Source: Snowella sp. (lineage in GTDB: Bacteria; Cyanobacteriota; Cyanobacteriia; Cyanobacteriales; Microcystaceae). Taken from it: a DNA stretch of 39,047 bases. The stretch spans positions 1 through 39,047 of the forward strand of contig JAYKGY010000051.1 in NCBI GenBank assembly GCA_035285545.1, given 5' to 3'. The first letter of the stretch is position 1. Every line of letters starts with the position of its first letter. Shown here piece after piece: positions 1-8,907 of the stretch. Below the pieces are notes generated by a model, which was not told the DNA's origin, made no database searches, and was given only the letters and a program-made list of their open reading frames with translations. Both the position numbers and the translations under genes were made by a program.

Positions 1-278
1 ATGGTTTTTCCTAATCCCACTTCATCGGCTAATAAGGCCCTACCCCCTAATTGACGCATGACTTTTCGGGCTGTTTCGATTTGATACCAATATTTATCAA
101 TGGCGTTTAGGGTCGGCAAACAAACGAGTTGATCGTAGTCTGCCATGAGGGATAAGTTAAATAAATCTAGACGAACTTGAAAATGATCGAGATCATCAAA
201 TTGTTGGGCTTTTAATGTTTCTAAGGCAGGGGAAGAGGCAAATTTAAAGGTATGGGCGATATTCGAGAAAGAGGACAT
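1..278 (-). CDS. SNF2-family helicase (YqhH-like), N-terminal part; runs off the window edge
   Basis: Not in the ORF track. Manual translation from ATG at 278 gives MSSFSNIAHTFKF...YWYQIETARKVMRQLGGRALLADEVGLGKT, which ends in SNF2 motif I (LADEVGLGKT). Confidence 0.88.
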   Translation of the reverse strand, partial: MSSFSNIAHTFKFASSPALETLKAQQFDDLDHFQVRLDLFNLSLMADYDQLVCLPTLNAIDKYWYQIETARKVMRQLGGRALLADEVGLGKT

Positions 279-306
279 TACGAGGAGCAAAATCTTTTAG
301 ATAAAA

Positions 307-459
307 TTATATCAGTTGGGCCTCGGTTGCTTGCGATCGCTTGTTACTTTCTTTAAGAATCATCCCTGTGATTTCCCGTCCTTCAAATTGATTTTTAATA
401 GAATTAGGAATTGAGACCTTGCCATTAGCAATTATTGCTTTCAATTCCTCAGCTAGCAT
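307..459 (-). CDS. Small hypothetical protein (~50 aa), possibly an antitoxin-like/AbrB-like remnant
   Basis: From ATG at 459: MLAEELKAIIANGKVSIPNSIKNQFEGREITGMIL. The 'a-h-h-NG-x-h-x-IP' pattern resembles small AbrB-like/DUF104-type proteins. Weak. Confidence 0.35.
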   Translation of the reverse strand: MLAEELKAIIANGKVSIPNSIKNQFEGREITGMILKESNKRSQATEAQLI

Positions 460-569
460 ATTTTTTCCGACTAAATTTAGGGGAATTGTCTGTTTATAAA
501 AAATCAGAAGCAAGCTTGAATGGACTTACTCCTGATTCGTCAAAATTCAAAAAATGAACGAAATATCAA

Positions 570-1091
570 CTATTGAGCGTCTAATAGTTCTACATCAAAA
601 ATTAAGGTTGCATTGGGGGGAATGACTCCACCGGCTCCCCTTGCCCCATAACCTAAATCGGGGGGAATAATTAAGGTACGTTTGCCGCCGACTTTCATGG
701 AAGCAACCCCTTCATCCCAACCTTTGATGACTTGACCAACTCCAATGACGAAAGAGAAAGGTTGGCCTCGACTAACGGAGCTATCAAAGACGCTGCCATC
801 GGTTAAGGTTCCGGTGTAGTGGACACTAACGGTTTTGCCTTTGGTTGGGCTATTGCCGCTTCCTTCTTCGGTATCAATATACTTTAAACCGGAAGGGGTG
901 GTGATCGCGTTTTCTAAATTCATTTTGCTAGTTTCCTGATTGATAGGTGATGCAGCGAGGGTTGGGGATGGCGGGGTTAAATTAGCAGCGATCGCTTGGG
1001 ATTGGGGTTCACCCTTGTTAAAAATCGAAGAAACAATGAGTAACCCAGAAAAGAACAGGACGACACCCAAACTAATTAAAACTTCTTTCAT
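570..1091 (-). CDS. FKBP-type peptidyl-prolyl cis-trans isomerase with N-terminal membrane anchor
   Basis: [26 protein letters not shown] and IPPDLGYG...[13 protein letters not shown] motifs; hydrophobic N-terminus. Confidence 0.96.
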   Translation of the reverse strand: MKEVLISLGVVLFFSGLLIVSSIFNKGEPQSQAIAANLTPPSPTLAASPINQETSKMNLENAITTPSGLKYIDTEEGSGNSPTKGKTVSVHYTGTLTDGSVFDSSVSRGQPFSFVIGVGQVIKGWDEGVASMKVGGKRTLIIPPDLGYGARGAGGVIPPNATLIFDVELLDAQ

Positions 1092-1125
1092 AAAGATTCC
1101 TCGTAATAGCCTGACGGGAATGCTC

Positions 1126-1449
1126 CTATCGCCAACGCTGATTTTCTAATTCTCGAACTTGTCGTTCTAAGCGATCAATTCTGCCTCGTAGTTCATCCAT
1201 TTCAGACTGGCGAGGAACCCCAATATCTTGGAGGATATTCCGCAATTGGCGTTCTAAATTCGTTTCCCAATGACCTTGTTCGGTTTTAATTTGAAGCAGA
1301 AGGTCATCTACAAACGCTTTAGCTTGATCGGGATTGATTTTACCATCTTTGACCCATTGTTCACTGACTTCTCCAAATTTTTCCGCTACGAGGGAAGTTG
1401 TCCCGATCCCCATTAGCAATAATTGTTTTAACCAATCATTTGTATCCAT
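1126..1449 (-). CDS. Phasin-family (PhaF/PhaI-like) protein
   Basis: LLLMGIG...EK...[19 protein letters not shown] and C-terminal [16 protein letters not shown], typical of the phasin/poly-granule-associated family. Confidence 0.75.
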   Translation of the reverse strand: MDTNDWLKQLLLMGIGTTSLVAEKFGEVSEQWVKDGKINPDQAKAFVDDLLLQIKTEQGHWETNLERQLRNILQDIGVPRQSEMDELRGRIDRLERQVRELENQRWR

Positions 1450-1549
1450 AAGGTTTAGCCTTGATCATTTTGTAAAATAGTGCCCTGTTGTTTAGGATAA
1501 CAAGCCCGCGATCGCCGATTGTTGCCGATTGAGGGGAGGATTACCGTCC

Positions 1550-1984
1550 TCAAGGCTTCGATTTTTCTTCCCAGTCAGGACAGTGATCAGCCTCTACGCC
1601 GTAGGGGTGCATCCCGCAAACCAAAAGACTGTTGTTATAGACGCGACCATGATAATTGGCACACCCGACACAGGCCGGATGAATCATTCCCGTTGGTTCG
1701 ACCTTGGGATTTAACCAGAGATCGGATTCCCCATTAAAGTCTTCTTCAAAATTGAAATGAATTTCTTCTTCCATTTCTAAATTAATGAAGGGGGCAATCA
1801 ATTCTCGCCAAAAGTCTTCCAGTTCTTGGCCAATTTCTTGGTGGATGCTTTCCGCGACTTCTTCAACGGTTTGTTGGACATCTGCCATAAAGTCTTCTAG
1901 GCTTGACGCGATCGCCTCTAAAAAACTGGACAAATCGGGTAATCCTTCCTCATGAGCAGTATTATTGGGTTTATTGGTGGTCAT
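1550..1984 (-). CDS. Hypothetical protein with acidic helical N-terminus and Cys/His-rich C-terminus
   Basis: ORF co-oriented within the gene cluster; C-terminal CVGCANYHG...CGMHPYG...HCPDW suggests metal binding. Confidence 0.8.
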   Translation of the reverse strand: MTTNKPNNTAHEEGLPDLSSFLEAIASSLEDFMADVQQTVEEVAESIHQEIGQELEDFWRELIAPFINLEMEEEIHFNFEEDFNGESDLWLNPKVEPTGMIHPACVGCANYHGRVYNNSLLVCGMHPYGVEADHCPDWEEKSKP

Positions 1985-2062
1985 ACTTCCTGTTTCCCTA
2001 GAAAATTAACTGAGCGATCGCGACCGTAACCGACCTTGTTTCACTATTTTTTCACTATTGAT

Positions 2063-2455
2063 TTAATTGCGACGAATCCGCCGTAACTCTTCCTGCAATG
2101 CCTCGACCTGTTTGCGGAGGTCTTCTACCGTATTGGGATTATTAACAGTAGTAGAGCCGGCAGGCGTATTATCTGGGGCCGTATCCTCCGCATCATCAAA
2201 GACAATCTCAATGCGACGAGGGGGACGGGGACTCTTCTCTTCTGGGCTGGTTTCAGGCATCACCTGGGCTTGATTAATTAAATCATCCACATAGCGACGG
2301 GCTTCTTCTGCGGTCATTTCTCCCCGTTCAACCATCTCATCGGCTAACTTTTGAGCTTGAACCCTTAACTCCTGTAGATTACTCGTCGCTTTTTCTGCGG
2401 CATAGGAAGCCAATCCCAGTCCTAAATAAAAGGCTTTTTGTACTAAGTCACGCAT
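2063..2455 (-). CDS. Phasin-family (PhaF/PhaI-like) protein
   Basis: QKAFYLGLGLA...ADEMVERGEMTAEEARRYVDDL and C-terminal coiled coil VEDLRKQVEALQEEL. Confidence 0.78.
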   Translation of the reverse strand: MRDLVQKAFYLGLGLASYAAEKATSNLQELRVQAQKLADEMVERGEMTAEEARRYVDDLINQAQVMPETSPEEKSPRPPRRIEIVFDDAEDTAPDNTPAGSTTVNNPNTVEDLRKQVEALQEELRRIRRN

Positions 2456-2544
2456 AGGGAAATTCCCTCTATCTAAGTTACTAATGACGAATCCTCTTCT
2501 AAGATAGGCAAAAAGTTTCCCTATCGACGACTTCGTTGCAAAAC

Positions 2545-2553
2545 TGTTATGAT
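2545..2553 (+). promoter_or_regulatory. Candidate extended -10 element (TGnTATGAT) for the substrate-binding protein gene
   Basis: TGTTATGAT about 100 bp upstream of the start codon. Confidence 0.3.
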
Positions 2554-2645
2554 TAACTGCAATTTTGTTGGGGGAAGCTTAAGAAAAAAGACTGACGCTT
2601 TACTCCTTTTACCGATAGATCCCTTTTTAGTCTGAATGAGGTTTA

Positions 2646-3485
2646 GTGGTTAGTATGTTCAATCGGATGCTTCTTTCTTGTCTTGCCTTGATTTTATTAA
2701 GCACAGGTGCGGCCAAAGCCAGTGCAGAAACGGTTTTAGAAAAAGTCGCTAAAACAGGTGTCTTAAACGCAGGCACAAGAGTTGATACCATTCCCTTTGG
2801 GTATCTCAATGAACAGGGAAAAGTTGAAGGCTATTCCGTTGATTTATCGACCTTAATTCAGAAAAAATTAGAAAAAAAACTCAATAAACCTATCAAGCTT
2901 AATTTAGTCAATGTTAACGTTAATAGTCGTTTTAAAGAAGTTGAAAGCGGGAATTTAGATCTGGTTTGCTCTGCAACAACCATTACCCAAGAGCGATTAG
3001 AACGGGTTAACTTTTCCATTCCTTTTTTTGTGACGGGAGCGCAATTTTTGGTTAAACGTGCCGATGAAAAGCTTTTCAATATCAATGGCACCTTAAAAAA
3101 TTTAGCGATCGCCTATCTTCCTAATACCACCACCTCAGAAATTATTCCCCAAATTTATCCCGCCGCGAAATGGGTCGCCGTACAAACCCGTCAAGAAGGA
3201 ATTGCTAAATTAAAAAAAGGAGAAGTTAATTCGGTCGTCAGTGATGGCATCCTCTTGATTGGCGAATTGGTGAAAGAAGGACAAGATCCCCGCCACTTTG
3301 CCTTAATGCCGAAACAGCCCATCACAACGGAGCTATACGGTTGCATTTTACCGAAACAGGATACGCAATGGAAAGAATTTGTCGATGCGGTGATTGCCAG
3401 TCCCGAAAACCATGATCTGCAAAATGATTGGTTTAATGTCGAAAAAAGTAAGTTTCCCTACCTTGCAGAAAGAACGGTTCGTTAA
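2646..3485 (+). CDS. Amino-acid ABC transporter substrate-binding protein (SBP family 3), no adjacent permease; start may be ATG 2655
   Basis: Signal peptide ending AKA-SA; VLEKVAKTGVLNAGTRVDTIPFGY, GYSVDL, TITQERLERVNFSIPFF. Confidence 0.9.
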   Translation: MVSMFNRMLLSCLALILLSTGAAKASAETVLEKVAKTGVLNAGTRVDTIPFGYLNEQGKVEGYSVDLSTLIQKKLEKKLNKPIKLNLVNVNVNSRFKEVESGNLDLVCSATTITQERLERVNFSIPFFVTGAQFLVKRADEKLFNINGTLKNLAIAYLPNTTTSEIIPQIYPAAKWVAVQTRQEGIAKLKKGEVNSVVSDGILLIGELVKEGQDPRHFALMPKQPITTELYGCILPKQDTQWKEFVDAVIASPENHDLQNDWFNVEKSKFPYLAERTVR

Positions 3486-3600
3486 TTGACTATCATTGCG
3501 ATGAATCTTTAGTGTTGAGTTTGATTATCCGATCATTGCTCCGTTACTAATTCAGAGCTACCGTGTTTTTATACCTTGCTAATTTTGGGTTGAATCCGCC

Positions 3601-6252
3601 ATGTCTTTTGTCGGCTTACATATTCACAGTGATTACAGTCTGCTCGATGGGGCTTCCCAGTTGCCGGAATTGATTGATCGGGCGGTAGAGTTGGGAATGC
3701 CCGCGATCGCCTTAACCGATCATGGGGTCATGTATGGCGCGATCGAACTGATTAAAGTCTGCCGCAACAAGCCGATTAAACCCATTATTGGCAATGAAAT
3801 GTACGTCATTAATGGCAATATCGAAGAAAATAAACGGCATCGCCGCTTCCATCAAGTCGTTTTAGCGAAAAATACCCAGGGGTATAAAAACCTAGTTAAA
3901 TTAACCACTGTCTCTAACTTAAAAGGCATTCAAGGAAAAGGAATTTTTGCCCGACCTTGTATTAATAAAGAACTGCTAACTCAATACCATGAAGGCTTGA
4001 TTGTAACCAGTGCTTGCTTAGGGGGAGAAGTGCCTCAAGCGATCCTCGCAGGGGATATTCAACGAGCCAAAGAGGTCGCTAAATGGTATCAGGATTTATT
4101 CAAAGATGACTATTATTTAGAAATTCAAGACCACGGCTCCGTTGAAGACCGCATTGTTAACGTCAATATTGTTAAAATTGCTCAAGAATTAGGCATTAAA
4201 ATTGTTGCGACCAACGATTCCCATTTTATTTCCTGCTATGACGTAGAAGCCCACGATGCGCTGCTGTGTATTCAAACAGGAAAACTGATTACGGAAGATA
4301 AACGGCTCCGTTATAGCGGTACAGAATATTTAAAATCCGCTGAGGAAATGCGGCAATTATTTCGGGATCATTTACCTGATGAGATCATTGAAGAAGCCAT
4401 TAACAATACCTTAGAAGTGGCGGAAAAAGTTGAACCCTACAAGATTTTAGGGGAACCCCGCATTCCCAATTATCCCGTTCCGCCTGGTCATACCCCTGAC
4501 ACCTATGTGGAAGAAATTGCTCGCCAAGGTTTATTAGAGCGATTAAAATGTCGTTCCTATAATGAAGTCCCAACAGTTTATAAAGAGCGGTTAGAGTATG
4601 AATTAAAAATGCTTCAAAGAATGGGGTTTTGCACCTATTTCTTAGTCGTTTGGGATTACATTAAATACGCTAGGGATCACGGCATTCCCGTTGGGCCAGG
4701 TCGGGGATCGGCGGCGGGGTCTTTGGTTGCCTACTGTATGCGGATTACCAATATCGATCCCGTCCATCACGGGTTACTGTTTGAGCGATTTTTAAATCCT
4801 GAACGGAAGTCTATGCCTGATGTTGATACAGATTTCTGTATTGATCGGCGGGATGAAATGATCGAGTATGTAACCGATAAGTATGGAGAAGCGAATGTTG
4901 CCCAGATTATTACCTTTAACCGCATGACCTCAAAAGCGGTCTTAAAAGATGTGGCGCGGGTATTGGGGATTCCCTATTCCGAATCGGACAAAATGGCCAA
5001 AATGATTCCTGTTTCACGGGGAAAACCGACCAAATTAAAGGTCATGATTTCCGATCAAACGCCAGAGCCAGAATTTAAGAAATGCTACGAAGAAAGTCAA
5101 GAGGTGAAACGCTGGATTGATATGGCGATCCGTATCGAAGGAACCAATAAAACCTTTGGGGTTCACGCCGCGGGAGTGGTCATTTCGTCAGAGCCGTTAG
5201 ACGAGATCGTGCCTTTACAAAAGAATAATGATGGCTCCGTCATTACTCAGTACTATATGGAAGATATTGAGGCATTAGGTCTATTAAAAATGGACTTTTT
5301 GGGATTAAAGAATTTAACGACCCTACAAAGAGCAACGGAATTAATTAAACAGAATAAGGGTGATGTCATTGATCTCGATGAATTGCCCTTGGGAGAACGC
5401 AAAGCCTTAGAAATTCTCGCCAAAGGAACGATCAAAAAATTACCGCAAGATGTTAAAAATACTCACAAGTTGCTAGAAAATGGGGATTTAGAGGGGATTT
5501 TCCAGCTAGAGTCTTCGGGGATGCGGCAAATTGTGCGGGATTTGAAACCTTCAGGGATTGAGGATATTTCTTCGATTTTGGCTCTCTACCGTCCTGGCCC
5601 GTTAGATGCGGGGTTAATCCCTAAGTTTATCGATCGCAAGCATGGACGAGAAGCGATCGCCTATGAACATAAGTTATTGGAAACCATCCTCAATGAAACC
5701 TATGGGGTATTGGTCTATCAAGAGCAAATTATGAAAATGGCTCAAGATCTAGCGGGGTACTCCTTGGGAGAAGCGGATTTACTGCGGCGGGCAATGGGGA
5801 AAAAGAAAGCAGAAGAAATGCAGAAACACCGCGATATTTTTATTACAGGCGCAGCGAAAAACGGGGTAGAAAAACGCATTGCTGAGAGTTTGTTCGATCA
5901 GATGGTCAATTTTGCGGAATATTGCCTAAGTTACGACAGTTTGGTGTTAACGGTTGAGTATGGGCCCTTACCGATTGGCAAAATTGTGGAGGAGCAGATT
6001 CAATGTCATGTCTATAGCGTTGATGCTAATGGTTTTGTCTATACCCAGGCGATCGCGCAGTGGCATAACCGAGGTCAACAGGAAGTTTTTGAGTATGTTC
6101 TAGAAGATGGTTCCGTGATTCGGGCGACAGCAGATCATAAATTCATGACAACCGATGGACAAATGATGGCGATTAATGACATCTTTGAACAGGGTCTAGA
6201 ATTGCGTCAAATTTGTGATCCCTATGTTTCTTTCCATGCCCTAGCTGCTTAA
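3601..6252 (+). CDS. dnaE: DNA polymerase III alpha subunit, N-terminal half fused to the N-part of a split intein
   Basis: PHP domain ([11 protein letters not shown]), GRGSAAGS and PDVDTD motifs; the extein ends ...FAEY and is followed by CLSYD, the start of an intein. Confidence 0.98.
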   Translation: MSFVGLHIHSDYSLLDGASQLPELIDRAVELGMPAIALTDHGVMYGAIELIKVCRNKPIKPIIGNEMYVINGNIEENKRHRRFHQVVLAKNTQGYKNLVKLTTVSNLKGIQGKGIFARPCINKELLTQYHEGLIVTSACLGGEVPQAILAGDIQRAKEVAKWYQDLFKDDYYLEIQDHGSVEDRIVNVNIVKIAQELGIKIVATNDSHFISCYDVEAHDALLCIQTGKLITEDKRLRYSGTEYLKSAEEMRQLFRDHLPDEIIEEAINNTLEVAEKVEPYKILGEPRIPNYPVPPGHTPDTYVEEIARQGLLERLKCRSYNEVPTVYKERLEYELKMLQRMGFCTYFLVVWDYIKYARDHGIPVGPGRGSAAGSLVAYCMRITNIDPVHHGLLFERFLNPERKSMPDVDTDFCIDRRDEMIEYVTDKYGEANVAQIITFNRMTSKAVLKDVARVLGIPYSESDKMAKMIPVSRGKPTKLKVMISDQTPEPEFKKCYEESQEVKRWIDMAIRIEGTNKTFGVHAAGVVISSEPLDEIVPLQKNNDGSVITQYYMEDIEALGLLKMDFLGLKNLTTLQRATELIKQNKGDVIDLDELPLGERKALEILAKGTIKKLPQDVKNTHKLLENGDLEGIFQLESSGMRQIVRDLKPSGIEDISSILALYRPGPLDAGLIPKFIDRKHGREAIAYEHKLLETILNETYGVLVYQEQIMKMAQDLAGYSLGEADLLRRAMGKKKAEEMQKHRDIFITGAAKNGVEKRIAESLFDQMVNFAEYCLSYDSLVLTVEYGPLPIGKIVEEQIQCHVYSVDANGFVYTQAIAQWHNRGQQEVFEYVLEDGSVIRATADHKFMTTDGQMMAINDIFEQGLELRQICDPYVSFHALAA
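5923..6249 (+). other. DnaE trans-splicing split intein, N-fragment (109 aa)
   Basis: Block [15 protein letters not shown] at the conserved AEY/C site (Cys775); block [12 protein letters not shown] (TxxH); the stop codon comes without a C-terminal intein Asn. Confidence 0.96.
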
Positions 6253-6286
6253 ATCCATTCTGGTTAAAGGCGATCGCTTAATTTGC

Positions 6287-6739
6287 TTAATTTAAATCCC
6301 AAAAATTTTTCGATAGTAATGTCTCGATTTCCAAAGAGAAAGGACAAAGATCAGGAAAAAGTGCTTTAGGATAATCATTTTTAACCGCTTCTAAGGCTTC
6401 TTGATAGGCTTCGTCCCAAATTTCTAACATAAATCGTTTTAAACTCGGCGAATATTTTAATTCCCTTTTCAATTCCCGACGAAAATTCCGAATTTCTATT
6501 TCCCAGTTTCGATAGCAATCAGGAAGGGCAACATAACAGCGTTTGAGTAGATGTTCAAATAAGCGCACTAAAAAACTCTCTAAGGATTTACGTTGGCTGA
6601 TCCCCAAGGCTTCTACCTCTTCTATTAAATTTTCAAAATCAATATTTGCCATATCCTTGGAACGCAATGAACTCAGCGTTTCTGCAATCCATAGTGCGAA
6701 ATCTGTTTCATATAATGTTTTAAGAGTTGTATCAATCAT
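6287..6739 (-). CDS. DUF29 family protein
   Basis: LYETDFALW...IDFENLIEEVEALG...L..HLLK...SPSLK...FPDLCPF. Confidence 0.92.
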   Translation of the reverse strand: MIDTTLKTLYETDFALWIAETLSSLRSKDMANIDFENLIEEVEALGISQRKSLESFLVRLFEHLLKRCYVALPDCYRNWEIEIRNFRRELKRELKYSPSLKRFMLEIWDEAYQEALEAVKNDYPKALFPDLCPFSLEIETLLSKNFWDLN

Positions 6740-6822
6740 CGCCCTTCAAGACAAAATTAATTTTGTTTTCAATACTAACGAATAAAGCAGGTTAAATTTC
6801 AAAAATCGCGATCGCCTCTTAG

Positions 6823-7266
6823 TTATTCAGGAAAATATTCAGGATTTAAAACATTCTCAACACTAAAGGGGCAAATTAGGAGAAAAATCCCTGTTTCCAA
6901 ATTAGTCTCTTTGGCCGCATCTCTTTTCGCTTCAAGATAACATTCAGTAAATTGTTCCTTGAGATAGGGCATAAGGCTAGGGCTATCTTTAAGAATTAGT
7001 CTAATTTTACGGCGTTGTTCGTTAATCGTTGCGATCCAACTTTTAGAGCGTCGTTCGGGTTGATATTTCCATTTCAATAGGTGCATAAGCAAAACTTCCA
7101 ATCGGCTAACCAGACTCCGTTTATCGCTTTTACCCATTGATTCAATTTCTTCAATTAAGTTTTCTAGATCTAATTCCTGTAGATTGCCTTTTTTTAAGGC
7201 CGTGACAGTTTGCTCGATCCAAAGGTTGAAATCGGTATCGTAGAGTGTTTTCGTTAGGGTCTTCAT
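6823..7266 (-). CDS. DUF29 family protein
   Basis: LYDTDFNLW...DLENLIEEIESMGKSDKR...LLMHLLKWKYQPERRSKSW...DSPSL. Confidence 0.94.
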   Translation of the reverse strand: MKTLTKTLYDTDFNLWIEQTVTALKKGNLQELDLENLIEEIESMGKSDKRSLVSRLEVLLMHLLKWKYQPERRSKSWIATINEQRRKIRLILKDSPSLMPYLKEQFTECYLEAKRDAAKETNLETGIFLLICPFSVENVLNPEYFPE

Positions 7267-7289
7267 AACGCTACCTGGGCTAAATAATG

Positions 7290-7311
7290 GAATTGATAAC
7301 GAATTGATAAC
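7290..7311. repeat. Perfect 11-bp tandem repeat GAATTGATAAC x2 in the divergent DUF29/coaD intergenic region
   Basis: Read directly from the sequence. Confidence 0.8.
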
Positions 7312-7386
7312 TTTTGATCGCTTGCATTCAGGGAAACCAACAGGGACAATGGCATTTAACTAATTTTCTTTATTCTAAAACCCTCT

Positions 7387-7860
7387 GTGATTGCAATTTA
7401 TCCTGGTAGCTTTGATCCTATTACACTTGGTCATCTTGACATTATTGAGCGAGGGGCTAAACTATTTGAAACCGTTATTGTGGCTGTCCTTTGTAATCCG
7501 AGTAAAACACCGCTATTTTCCGTCGAGAAACGTATCGAGCAAATTCGCCATTGTACGGAACACTTAAACAACGTTGAAGTCGATAGTTTTTCGGGATTAA
7601 CGGTAGAATATGCGAAATCTCGTCAAGCTAGTGTACTGCTCCGCGGCTTACGAGTGCTATCGGATTTTGAAAAGGAATTACAGATGGCCCATACAAACAA
7701 AACCCTATGGGAAGGAGTCGAGACAGTTTTTTTAGCGACTACTAAAGAATATGGCTTTTTAAGTAGTAGTATTGTCAAAGAAATTGCTCAATTTGGGGGA
7801 GCGATTGATCACTTAGTTCCCAAAAATATCGCTGAGGATATCCGTCTCTATTACTGTTAG
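7387..7860 (+). CDS. coaD: Phosphopantetheine adenylyltransferase
   Basis: [22 protein letters not shown]...DFE.E and LSSSIVKE motifs. Confidence 0.97.
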   Translation: MIAIYPGSFDPITLGHLDIIERGAKLFETVIVAVLCNPSKTPLFSVEKRIEQIRHCTEHLNNVEVDSFSGLTVEYAKSRQASVLLRGLRVLSDFEKELQMAHTNKTLWEGVETVFLATTKEYGFLSSSIVKEIAQFGGAIDHLVPKNIAEDIRLYYC

Positions 7861-7910
7861 AGTATTAAAGTTAAAACGAGCCTATAACATTTGATTATTG
7901 ATTATTAGCT

Positions 7911-8639
7911 ATGACACGCCGAGAGAATCTTCCTGATGCTGTTCAACCCAATTCGATGATTCGTAGTCGAGTTGTTGATTTTGATATTCAACAAGAGTTA
8001 GCGGAATTACAAGAATTAATTTATGAGAGCTTTCATATTCCGTTGACCAGTTGGACGGTGGTGGATGAAGGCAAATTACTCGATCAAATTGAACTCATTA
8101 GTGAAAATCTCCCCGAAGCGATCCAAAAAGCCTTGGCCGTATTAGACCGAGAAGAATCGATCATTACGGAAGCCGAGGCCTATGCTCAACGGATTGTTCA
8201 ATCGGCTCACCAACAGGCCGCAGATATTTTAGAGCAATCGGGAATTATTCAAAAGGCAGAACAACAAGCTCAGCAAATTCGTTTGCAAGTTCAGCAGGAA
8301 GCGGAGGCGTTGCAACGGCAAACCATGAGTGAATTAGAACAAATTCGCCAGGTTTCTACCCAGGAAGTTCAGCAATATCGCCAACAAACGGTGCGGGAGT
8401 GTCAAGAAATTCAACGGGATGCGGACAAGTATGCGGATGCGGTTCTCGGTCGTTTGGAAAGGGATCTCGGTGAAATGATGCGGATTGTTAGTAATGGTCG
8501 GCAACGGCTCTATGAAAATCCCCCCAATGCGAATTCTGCGGCTCAACCCGCGATCGCGCCCCAACCGCCAACCCAACCTAATTCCGGGATGACCCGTTTA
8601 CCTGAACGATCCGATCGACCCCGCAAACGTACTCGCTAA
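7911..8639 (+). CDS. cdv3: Cdv3 / DivIVA-like coiled-coil cell-division protein
   Basis: Long coiled coil (AEAYAQRIVQSA...ADKYADAVL...NGR); lies directly downstream of coaD, the usual cyanobacterial arrangement. Confidence 0.8.
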   Translation: MTRRENLPDAVQPNSMIRSRVVDFDIQQELAELQELIYESFHIPLTSWTVVDEGKLLDQIELISENLPEAIQKALAVLDREESIITEAEAYAQRIVQSAHQQAADILEQSGIIQKAEQQAQQIRLQVQQEAEALQRQTMSELEQIRQVSTQEVQQYRQQTVRECQEIQRDADKYADAVLGRLERDLGEMMRIVSNGRQRLYENPPNANSAAQPAIAPQPPTQPNSGMTRLPERSDRPRKRTR

Positions 8640-8799
8640 ACTTCCCTTTCCGTTTTCGAGATTGAGTTGGAGATTCGTTAATCAGAGGGATTTAAGGTCA
8701 CAATTTTTTAGTAAAAATTAAGGTTGTTCTCAATGGGATGATAGGGCTGGGTTTTGCCTGAGCCAATACCGGAGCGATCGCCGAACATTGTCCTATGCC

Positions 8800-8841
8800 G
8801 TAAGCATTATTACGTTATTGAATCGGGGAATGTGGCACAAT
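8800..8841 (+). promoter_or_regulatory. Candidate NtcA-activated promoter (GTA-N8-TAC, 22 nt, then CACAAT preceded by TGn)
   Basis: GTA-AGCATTAT-TAC at 8800-8813; the -10-like CACAAT at 8836-8841 follows TG at 8833-8834. Confidence 0.5.
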
Positions 8842-8907
8842 AAAGGGCGTTATACCCCCATCCTAACTGTGAACTGATTAGTAAATTAAATCTAGGTATT
8901 TTAAAGA

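Noticed and set aside
6253..6286. dnaE as a truncated pseudogene
   Set aside because: The truncation is the normal split-intein architecture; dnaE-C is expected elsewhere in the genome.
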